From NCBI GenBank assembly GCA_949373095.1, contig CASIBY010000005.1, positions 110,955-174,954 on the forward strand: a DNA stretch of 64,000 nucleotides, written 5' to 3'. The position numbers and the translations under genes were made by a program. The notes under the pieces were generated by a model that worked only from the letters and a program-made list of their open reading frames with translations, was not told the origin of the DNA and ran no database searches. Positions 26,384-33,776 of the stretch are shown one piece after another (the first letter of the stretch is position 1; each line of letters begins with the position of its first letter). The DNA is from Candidatus Poseidoniaceae archaeon (GTDB lineage: Archaea > Thermoplasmatota > Poseidoniia > Poseidoniales > Poseidoniaceae).

Positions 26384-27119
26384 GTTCTACTTCCTCCAGT
26401 TGTAGTCGGTACAATCGTGCAACGACTCGAGATGTTTTGATAATTGAACGAACTGTTAATTCATCCACGCATACCTCGTTCAGCATGTCGTAAAAACGTT
26501 CCATATGGTCCCCGTCATTATGTCCGTGGTAGGTCATGAAGCGAGTTGAATCCTCACCAAGCCCTGTTAGTTCCTGAATACGTTCAGCCCAAGAACGAGC
26601 CATCTTTTCTCCCAGTCCCTCAATAATCCACATCGCACCCAAGAGGTCAACAGGATTGGGACGGGATGAGCGGTGCATCAGAAAACCATGAAGGGCTTCT
26701 GAACCAACGTTCCGTTCCATCCCCAAAATGTCATTCAAGATTCCACCAGAGGCAACATAATCCTTTTCCAACAGTTCGTAATCACGGTGTTCATCTACAG
26801 CATGGCTAATGATTGTTGAACGAATTTCTGCATGATCCCGGTCAAAACTACTCGCAGTACGCGTAATCCAACGTGAGCCCTCAATAACCTGCTGCCTGAG
26901 GTTCCTCAACAAACAGAGATGGTCGTTAACCGTGTAGGTTCCTAAATCGATACGGCGTAGTAGGGGGACCGTTGAAAGGTCTCGTTCAAATCCCAACCAA
27001 ACTCTCAGAAGTTGTTGTAGGCAACGTTGAGCGTGGGGATTCAAATCTCGCTCATTCTTCGAATTCAAGGGTTCTGTGTGGCCAAGACTGCCATCAATCG
27101 CTATTTCACCGTCGTTCAT
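26370..27119 (-). CDS. Heme-oxygenase-like diiron oxidase/oxygenase (iron-containing redox enzyme family; TenA/PqqC/CADD-like fold).
   Basis: Ligand-bearing motifs are spaced as in the CADD/UndA/BesC/SznF family: ISHAVDEHRDYELLEKDY, WIIEGLGEKMA and TYHGHNDGDH (HxxxDxxH). The protein is all-helical and 249 aa long. Confidence 0.7.
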   Translation of the reverse strand: MNDGEIAIDGSLGHTEPLNSKNERDLNPHAQRCLQQLLRVWLGFERDLSTVPLLRRIDLGTYTVNDHLCLLRNLRQQVIEGSRWITRTASSFDRDHAEIRSTIISHAVDEHRDYELLEKDYVASGGILNDILGMERNVGSEALHGFLMHRSSRPNPVDLLGAMWIIEGLGEKMARSWAERIQELTGLGEDSTRFMTYHGHNDGDHMERFYDMLNEVCVDELTVRSIIKTSRVVARLYRLQLEEVEHELE

Positions 27120-28252
27120 GATCTCACCGCCGTCAGTTGCATGTATGTTGTATTGAACCGTCCGCTTTCAGGAACAAAACAAAGAATAGTATCTCCATCA
27201 CTGATGGCGACGTCTTCGGTTCTAAGAAATTCATCGATCATGATGAATAAGGAAGCGGCTCCTGTATTTCCCCGAGTGTAGAGGTTGGTCCACCAGCGCT
27301 CTTCAGGTATACCAACTCCGGCGGCATCAAGTAAATCCAAAATTTTGTCCTTGAAATGGTGGCTGGAATAATGGCACAAGAAATGATCGATTTCACTCGG
27401 GACACTGATACCGTTTTCCACGAGTCTAAGATATCCATCCACCCCCATGCGAACAATGTTGTCAAGCAATCGAACTTCTTGGCGAAGGAGGAGGGCTCCA
27501 GCCTTCTCTGCTTCACCGTAGGTATCGTAATCCTGCCACGTCCGTTCGTCATCGGGAAGTCCCGCAGAACCGACGCTCATACATGTTGGAAGGGCATGTG
27601 CATGAGAGAAACCATGAATCCAATCAATTCGGAAACTGAATCCCTTCGGAGCAGGTTTGTCCTGTAAAAGCAAGGCACCAGCTCCATCAGAAAGCATCCA
27701 GCGAAGAAATTCAGTATTGAAATCAATTCGTTTGGAAGCATATGTCGATTCTGTTGCAGCCTCATAGCGTTGCTTCTTGAGAAGACGGCTTGAGAGTTCA
27801 CTCGAAACTACAACGGCTGCTTCGTGGTCGCCCAAACGAAGGCTGTTCCATGCGGCTTTAAGAGCCATCATAGATGATGAACAAATCCCATGGGTAGTCA
27901 AAATTTCAATCGCTGGAAGGCCCAATTCAGCTTGGACCATACTCGCCATTCCGGGGGCTGGGAGGTCACCTTGGGTTGAAGCGACTGCAAGCATTCCGAT
28001 TTTATCCCGGGTTAGGAAAGCTCTGTCAAGACACTGTTCAGCCGCATTTGCAGCCATTTCCGTATTGCTATGTGTTGTTTTTTGGTTCCCATCAATGGCG
28101 TAATGGCGGGTTTCAATTTTATTCGCTTTTTGGATTTGAACACGAAGCGAAGAAGGCTTTCCATGAACTGCTCCCAAAATCCCTTCAACTTCACCAACTG
28201 AAATCGGCGGACCTGGAAGAAAGGCTCCGGTGCTGGTAATGTAAACCGTCAT
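27116..28252 (-). CDS. Beta-ketoacyl synthase III (FabH)-like thiolase-fold condensing enzyme.
   Basis: N-terminal ITSTGAFLPG. The nucleophile Cys lies in HGICSSSMMALKAAW, His in FLCHYSSHHF and Asn in YTRGNTGAASLFIMIDE. Length is 378 aa. Confidence 0.85.
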   Translation of the reverse strand: MTVYITSTGAFLPGPPISVGEVEGILGAVHGKPSSLRVQIQKANKIETRHYAIDGNQKTTHSNTEMAANAAEQCLDRAFLTRDKIGMLAVASTQGDLPAPGMASMVQAELGLPAIEILTTHGICSSSMMALKAAWNSLRLGDHEAAVVVSSELSSRLLKKQRYEAATESTYASKRIDFNTEFLRWMLSDGAGALLLQDKPAPKGFSFRIDWIHGFSHAHALPTCMSVGSAGLPDDERTWQDYDTYGEAEKAGALLLRQEVRLLDNIVRMGVDGYLRLVENGISVPSEIDHFLCHYSSHHFKDKILDLLDAAGVGIPEERWWTNLYTRGNTGAASLFIMIDEFLRTEDVAISDGDTILCFVPESGRFNTTYMQLTAVRS

Positions 28253-28833
28253 GCATCCACCTGAGGTTTGCCGTGTTTCTTCTCATAAGCATAACATCGC
28301 CACCATTCCTGCATGTAGGGGAACACGACAAAGACGGCCATGAGTACCATGTAGAATGTTGCATAGTTACCGGAGTCACCTAGAGGTTCCTTTCTCCATT
28401 CGATACTAAATCCACCGCCCCAATTGAGAGTTGCCGTATCGAGGAACACCTCCCACTTGCGAACGATGATGAGAAGAATTAGGAAGAAAGGGAGGGTCGC
28501 CAGATAGTTGTGAGCATGAACCTCCCAAATGGAGATTTCTCGTTTACCCGTTGCGAAATGGACATCATAGTGCGCTACAACTTCGTGAGCAATGAGGGCA
28601 GCGAAACAGAGCAACATGATGAGGACATTAACTTCAAACAGAAGCGAGAGAACAAGAGGGATGCAGATTTGAACCCCCATTAGGCAGTGGATATATGCTT
28701 CTTTCAATCCGGATGTCTTTTCTATCTCGGTATTGCGATGGCACCACCAGTCAAGCATTCCGGCAACCCCCCACAGAGGAAGAAGGACGTACAAAATAAC
28801 ATTCAGGACTAATGTGGCTTCATCCATTGACAT
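28249..28833 (-). CDS. His-rich 5-TM membrane protein, first gene of the operon; family not recognised.
   Basis: Five hydrophobic helices, with His at membrane boundaries (DWWCHR, YIHCL, IAHEVVAHYDVHFA, EVHAHNY). The 4-nt overlap with the KAS III-like gene indicates translational coupling. Confidence 0.65.
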   Translation of the reverse strand: MSMDEATLVLNVILYVLLPLWGVAGMLDWWCHRNTEIEKTSGLKEAYIHCLMGVQICIPLVLSLLFEVNVLIMLLCFAALIAHEVVAHYDVHFATGKREISIWEVHAHNYLATLPFFLILLIIVRKWEVFLDTATLNWGGGFSIEWRKEPLGDSGNYATFYMVLMAVFVVFPYMQEWWRCYAYEKKHGKPQVDA

Positions 28834-28860
28834 GCCTCAGACATTCCATGTAGATTCCCC

Positions 28861-28867
28861 AATTAAA
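28861..28867 (-). promoter_or_regulatory. Possible TATA box for the 28833-start operon.
   Basis: The minus strand reads CCTTTAATTGGGG about 30 nt upstream of the ATG at 28833. It follows a hairpin (28886-28900) downstream of the nrdA stop. Confidence 0.2.
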
Positions 28868-28911
28868 GGAATCTCCGGCGCGCATACCCTCTACGAGGGT
28901 TCAGCCTACAA

Positions 28912-31305
28912 TCAAGAGCCACACATCAAGCAGTCATCAGGGGTATCGAGACTGCATGCAATTGCTTCAAGGCTGTCAACATCTTCTGCCCGCTCTGCGA
29001 GTCCACCGACAGTTTGGTCGTCTTTGGCCTTGGATTCTAGCGTGAACTGAATTGCGTCGGCGGCAGCCTTTGTTCGCAGATAGTACATTCCGGTCTTCAG
29101 ACCTTGCTTCCATCCGTAGAAATGCATTGAGGTGACCTTTGCAGGGTTTGCATCGACCATGTGGATGTTCAAGGATTGACTTTGGTCAATGTATGCACCG
29201 CGGTCGGCAGCCATGTCCAAGACGTGACGTTGACTGATTTCCCAAGTGGTCTTGTAGAGGCTGCGGATGTGTTCAGAGATGTTTGCAATCGCTTGAATGG
29301 AACCCTTATGTCGCAAGATCTCGTTCTTCATTTCAATACTCCAAAGGCCTTCCTTGATGAGGTCGCGGACCAGATGTTGGTTGAGCACGACGAATTCTCC
29401 AGAAAGGGTGCGGCGGACGTAAAGGTTGGATGTGAATGCTTCAAAGCATTCGTTGTTTCCAAGAATTTGAGACGTTGAAGCTGTTGGCATAGGAGCAACT
29501 AACAGAGAGTTACGCATTCCGTGTTCAACGATCTCTTCCTTGAGTGAACCCCAATCCCAGCGACCACTGTGTTCGTTCATGCCCCACAAATCAAATTGCA
29601 GGATTCCCTTGCTTGCTGGTGAACCTTTGAAGGTTGAATAAGGACCTTCTGCGATAGATGCATCTTTTGAAGCAGTGCAAGCGGCAAAGTAAATCGTCTC
29701 AAAGATTTCTTTGTTCAATGAGCGAGCTTGGGGGCCGTCGAAGGCTATTCCAAGCATAGCAAAGGTGTCTGCAAGGCCCTGTACGCCCAGTCCAATCGGC
29801 CGGTGGCGCATGTTTGAGTTCCGTGCTTCCTCTACCGGGTAGTAATTGACATCGATTACACGGTTCAGGTTCCCCGTAGCGTGATAGGTCACGTCGTAGA
29901 GTTTCTGGTGGTCGAACTCACCACTGCTCATGTTAACGAACTTAGGCAAGGCGATAGAGGCAAGATTGCAAACAGCAACTTCGTCCTTTGCAGTGTATTC
30001 CATAATCTCAGTGCAGAGGTTTGAGGAACGGATAGTACCCAAGTTCTTTTGATTGGACTTGTTGTTTGCCGCATCCTTGTAAAGCATGTAAGGTGTACCG
30101 GTTTCGATCTGTGATTCAACTATTTTATCCCAAATGGTTCGTGCAGGAACAGTCTCGCGAGCGAGTCCTCGGCGTTCGAAATCCTCAAACATAGCCTTGA
30201 ATTCGTCGCCATAGACATCTTGCAAACCTGGGCATTCATTCGGACAGAACAAGGACCAGTCTGCGTTTTGTTCAACGCGTTCCATGAACAAGTCTGGTGT
30301 CCACATTGCGTAAAACAGGTCACGCGCTCGGAGTTCTTCCTTACCATGGTTCTTCTTGAGGTCCAAGAATTGGAGGATATCAGGATGCCACGGTTCAAGG
30401 TAAACTGCGATTGACCCCTTACGCTTACCGCCGCCTTGGTCAACATAGCGGGCTGTGTCGTTGAATACGCGTAGCATTGGAACGATTCCATTGGAAGTCC
30501 CGTTCGTACCCTTGATGTATGAACCTCTTGAACGCACATGATGAATGGACAAGCCAATTCCACCTGCTGACTTGGAGATCAGAGCACACTGCTTGAGCGT
30601 GTCATAGATTCCGTCCAGTGAATCGTCCTGCATGGTCAACAAAAAGCAAGAAGACATTTGAGGCATTGGCGTTCCCGAGTTGAACAAGGTTGGAGTTGCG
30701 TGAGTGAAGTAACCTTGACTCATGAGGTCGTAGGTTTCGAGGGCACGAGGGATGTTGTTGTAATGGATCCCAACGGAAACACGCATCAACATATGTTGAG
30801 GGCGTTCTGCAATTTCACCATTCAGTCGGAGAAGGTACGAGCGTTCCAAGGTTTTGAAACCGAAGTAGTCGTAATTGTTGTCACGTGAATAGTCAACGTG
30901 GTTGTTCAATACATCTGCATTCTCCATGATTACATCAAACACTTCTTCCGAAATCAATGGTGCGTGCTTTCCAGATTCCGGGTCGATGTAATCGCGCAGA
31001 TCGGTAATCACGTCAGTGAAGGTTTCTTTTGTTGCACGGTGCAAATCATCAACACAAATACGAGCTGCAAGACGGCTGTATTCGGGGTGTTGGGATGCCA
31101 GTGATGCAGCCGTTTCAGCTGCGAGTTGGTCGAGTTCACGAGTGGTCACACCGTCGTACAGGCCTTCGATGGTGAGTTTGGTAACGTGCCCAGGGTCAAC
31201 CCATTTTGAGTTCAATCCTTCAGAGAGTGTTGTCAGTTTTTCGAGGATTGCATCAAAGCGCACATCCTCTCTTTCGCCTTTCCTATTTACTACTTGCATG
31301 GCCAT
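28912..31305 (-). CDS. nrdA: Ribonucleoside-diphosphate reductase class Ia large subunit.
   Basis: ATP-cone [20 protein letters not shown], active-site NLCTEI, and C-terminal redox pair CLMCGS. The start is set at the ATG at 31305, preceded by GGAGGAAATATAC. The ORF-track start at 31371 would add 22 atypical residues. Confidence 0.93.
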   Translation of the reverse strand: MAMQVVNRKGEREDVRFDAILEKLTTLSEGLNSKWVDPGHVTKLTIEGLYDGVTTRELDQLAAETAASLASQHPEYSRLAARICVDDLHRATKETFTDVITDLRDYIDPESGKHAPLISEEVFDVIMENADVLNNHVDYSRDNNYDYFGFKTLERSYLLRLNGEIAERPQHMLMRVSVGIHYNNIPRALETYDLMSQGYFTHATPTLFNSGTPMPQMSSCFLLTMQDDSLDGIYDTLKQCALISKSAGGIGLSIHHVRSRGSYIKGTNGTSNGIVPMLRVFNDTARYVDQGGGKRKGSIAVYLEPWHPDILQFLDLKKNHGKEELRARDLFYAMWTPDLFMERVEQNADWSLFCPNECPGLQDVYGDEFKAMFEDFERRGLARETVPARTIWDKIVESQIETGTPYMLYKDAANNKSNQKNLGTIRSSNLCTEIMEYTAKDEVAVCNLASIALPKFVNMSSGEFDHQKLYDVTYHATGNLNRVIDVNYYPVEEARNSNMRHRPIGLGVQGLADTFAMLGIAFDGPQARSLNKEIFETIYFAACTASKDASIAEGPYSTFKGSPASKGILQFDLWGMNEHSGRWDWGSLKEEIVEHGMRNSLLVAPMPTASTSQILGNNECFEAFTSNLYVRRTLSGEFVVLNQHLVRDLIKEGLWSIEMKNEILRHKGSIQAIANISEHIRSLYKTTWEISQRHVLDMAADRGAYIDQSQSLNIHMVDANPAKVTSMHFYGWKQGLKTGMYYLRTKAAADAIQFTLESKAKDDQTVGGLAERAEDVDSLEAIACSLDTPDDCLMCGS

Positions 31306-31367
31306 GTATATTTCCTCCAGATTCGGTGAGTGTGATTGCGTGGTAAGTTCCCTTGTTCGCGTACGGT

Positions 31368-32402
31368 TCAAAAGTCTTCGTCAACGGAGAACCGCTGCTG
31401 AACGCTTCCAAGAGAGGAGTTATCCATAACACCAGCTTTCTGGTATTCTGCTACTCTCTTCTCAAAGAAATTGGTTTTTCCTTGCATGGAAATCATTTCC
31501 ATCCACGGGAACGGGTTTGATGCTTCGTAAATCTTTGAGCAATTCAACTGCACTAAGAGACGGTCCGCCACGAATTTCACGTATTGTTCCATCAACTCTG
31601 CATTCATTCCAATGAGATTAACAGGCAACGCTTTGGTCACGAACTCTATTTCGATTTCCACAGCTTCGGCAATGATTCGGCGAATGACGTTTTCACCAGC
31701 ACCGCGCAACAACTTGTTGTGAAGAAGACATGCAAAGTCGCAGTGAAGTCCTTCATCACGAGATATCAATTCATTGGAGAAGGTGAGTCCGGGCATGAGA
31801 CCGCGCTTCTTGAGCCAAAAGATTGCACAGAAAGAGCCAGAGAAGAAGATACCCTCAACGGCAGCGAACGCAACCAATCGCTCAGCAAAGGAACCACGCT
31901 TGCGAGATAGCCATTTCATAGCCCATTCACCCTTTCTCTGGACAGATGGGACAGTTTCTAGGGCTTTGAACAGGTGGTTCTTTTCTTGCTCATCGTTGAT
32001 GTAGGTATCAATGAGGAGCGAGTAGGTTTCAGCGTGGATGTTTTCCATCATGATTTGGAAGCCGTAAAATGCTCGGGCTTCTGGCCAACATACTTCATTG
32101 GAGAAGTTCATCACTAAGTTTTCGTTGACAATACCGTCACTGGCTGCAAAGAACGCAAGAATGTGCTTGAGGAAGTGTTGTTCCCCTTCGTTGAGATTCT
32201 TCCAGTCTTTGAGATCTTCAGCAAGGTCGATTTCCTCAGCAGTCCAAAAGGATGCTTGTTCCATTTTGTACATCTCCCAGATATCATCATGTTGAATGGG
32301 GAACAGAACGAAACGATCTAGGTTTTCTTGGAGCATAGGCTCGAGATGTTCTTTCGTGAAATCGACGTCTACTGCGTCGTCTTTGTTGTGTTCTATGACC
32401 AT
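31368..32402 (-). CDS. nrdB: Ribonucleoside-diphosphate reductase class Ia small subunit (diiron-tyrosyl R2).
   Basis: The diiron/tyrosyl radical region is [23 protein letters not shown]...[17 protein letters not shown]...[11 protein letters not shown]...[11 protein letters not shown]. The C-terminus ends in DEDF. The start is set at M48 (ATG at 32402). Confidence 0.93.
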   Translation of the reverse strand: MVIEHNKDDAVDVDFTKEHLEPMLQENLDRFVLFPIQHDDIWEMYKMEQASFWTAEEIDLAEDLKDWKNLNEGEQHFLKHILAFFAASDGIVNENLVMNFSNEVCWPEARAFYGFQIMMENIHAETYSLLIDTYINDEQEKNHLFKALETVPSVQRKGEWAMKWLSRKRGSFAERLVAFAAVEGIFFSGSFCAIFWLKKRGLMPGLTFSNELISRDEGLHCDFACLLHNKLLRGAGENVIRRIIAEAVEIEIEFVTKALPVNLIGMNAELMEQYVKFVADRLLVQLNCSKIYEASNPFPWMEMISMQGKTNFFEKRVAEYQKAGVMDNSSLGSVQQRFSVDEDF

Positions 32403-32566
32403 GACATATTCCCCCCGGCTATTTGTGGCGCGCTGGATTTTGTTTGCCCTCCTATAACGTCTATAATGATACCCCCCGCGAAGACATAGACCACATGTGT
32501 TTCGCGACCCTTTACCATCCCTTCGTTCAATTGAGCAGTGCATCGTTTAGCATATTTACCAATGAA

Positions 32567-32585
32567 TGATATAAAATTGATATAA
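32567..32585. promoter_or_regulatory. Direct repeat TGATATAA-N3-TGATATAA (TATA-like) in the nrdB/dut divergent control region.
   Basis: This AT-rich block sits in the 283-bp spacer between nrdB (minus) and dut (plus). It holds two identical octamers 11 nt apart, followed by GTAAAAATG and CGTAAAATC. Confidence 0.25.
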
Positions 32586-32685
32586 GAATGTAAAAATGTC
32601 GTAAAATCACCTCTATTTCCACTGCAAGCCCATGTGGGTAGAATCTTACATCATCCCAACAGTCAAAAAGCGATGTATTCTCACC

Positions 32686-33144
32686 ATGACCATGGAGCAG
32701 ATTTCACTGACCATCCAATTCGCCCGCCTCGACGAACGCGCCGTCTTGCCGAGTCAAGGCTCAGCCTTGGCCGCAGGATGGGATATGTATGCGCTGGAAG
32801 ACACCCTGGTCCACAAAGGTTCGTCAGTTCTTATCCGCACAGGGTGGGCTGCAGCGATTCCTGAAGGATGGGAAGGTCAGTTGCGCTGTCGCTCGTCATT
32901 GGGCAAAAAAGGGATGATTATGCCCAATGGAATCGGCACCATAGACGCTGACTATCGGGGAGAATTGATGGTCCTTGCAACATGGATTGGCCAAGGTGAT
33001 TCATTCGCAATCGCTGCTGGGGAACGCATCGCCCAGATGTTGTTTGCACCAGTCCCAAAGGTTACGTTGGTTGAAACCACCATGGACAAGTTGACAAAAA
33101 CCGAACGAGGAGAAGGCGGTTTCGGCTCTTCCGGTAAATTCTGA
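32686..33144 (+). CDS. dut: dUTP diphosphatase (trimeric dUTPase).
   Basis: Motifs AAGWDMYA, GIGTIDADYRGEL and the C-terminal RGEGGFGSSG. The start is set at the ATG at 32686 (MTMEQ...). Confidence 0.9.
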   Translation: MTMEQISLTIQFARLDERAVLPSQGSALAAGWDMYALEDTLVHKGSSVLIRTGWAAAIPEGWEGQLRCRSSLGKKGMIMPNGIGTIDADYRGELMVLATWIGQGDSFAIAAGERIAQMLFAPVPKVTLVETTMDKLTKTERGEGGFGSSGKF

Positions 33145-33169
33145 AAGAGTCAGCGAGAGGCGAAGAGAT

Positions 33170-33772
33170 ATGGTCGACATTCAGGAACTGGGTCTCGTTC
33201 CTTACGGGGACGGTTTGAAAATGATGAAATCGTTGCAATCACAACGCATCAACGACGATATCCCAGATACATTGCTCATCCTTGAACATCACGAAGTGGT
33301 TACGGTCGGTCCACGCGCCCGCAACGATGGCATTCGGCCACCAGAGGATTACCCTACTGAAGCCGTTGATCGGGGCGGGGGCCTAACGTGGCATGGACCT
33401 GGACAGATTGTCTGCTACCCGATATTCAAATGGGGCCTTCGTGACCAAGAAGCATCGGTTGCTGAAATCATTACCAAAATCGAGCAGTGGGTCATCAACG
33501 CCCTTAGCACCTTGAACATTCACGGAGTGCGTGATCAGCGGATGCAGGGCGTTTGGGTTGATGGGCACAAGATTTGCAGTATTGGATTATCCTTCTTACG
33601 CTGGGTTAGTCGGCATGGCTTCACCATTAACATCGATACACCCCCCGGAAGAGTCGAAGGCGTAGCTGGATGTGGACTAACCGCTGACACAACAACGTCC
33701 CTAGCGAATCTAGGATATGATGTCGAAGTTCAAGCCATCAAACAAGCATTACTCGAAACAATGCAATTTTGA
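33170..33772 (+). CDS. lipB: Octanoyl/lipoyl transferase.
   Basis: RGGGLTWHGPGQIVCYPI and KICSIGLSF are LipB signatures. Confidence 0.88.
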   Translation: MVDIQELGLVPYGDGLKMMKSLQSQRINDDIPDTLLILEHHEVVTVGPRARNDGIRPPEDYPTEAVDRGGGLTWHGPGQIVCYPIFKWGLRDQEASVAEIITKIEQWVINALSTLNIHGVRDQRMQGVWVDGHKICSIGLSFLRWVSRHGFTINIDTPPGRVEGVAGCGLTADTTTSLANLGYDVEVQAIKQALLETMQF

Positions 33773-33776
33773 ACGG

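Noticed and set aside
31306-31371. N-terminal extension of nrdA (start at 31371), and a similar extension of nrdB (32403-32543).
   Set aside because: The extra residues are Arg/Cys-rich and unlike RNR N-termini. For nrdA, an internal ATG restores the canonical N-terminus and is preceded by GGAGG. For nrdB, the internal ATG at 32402 restores a canonical-looking N-terminus, and I did not check for an SD.
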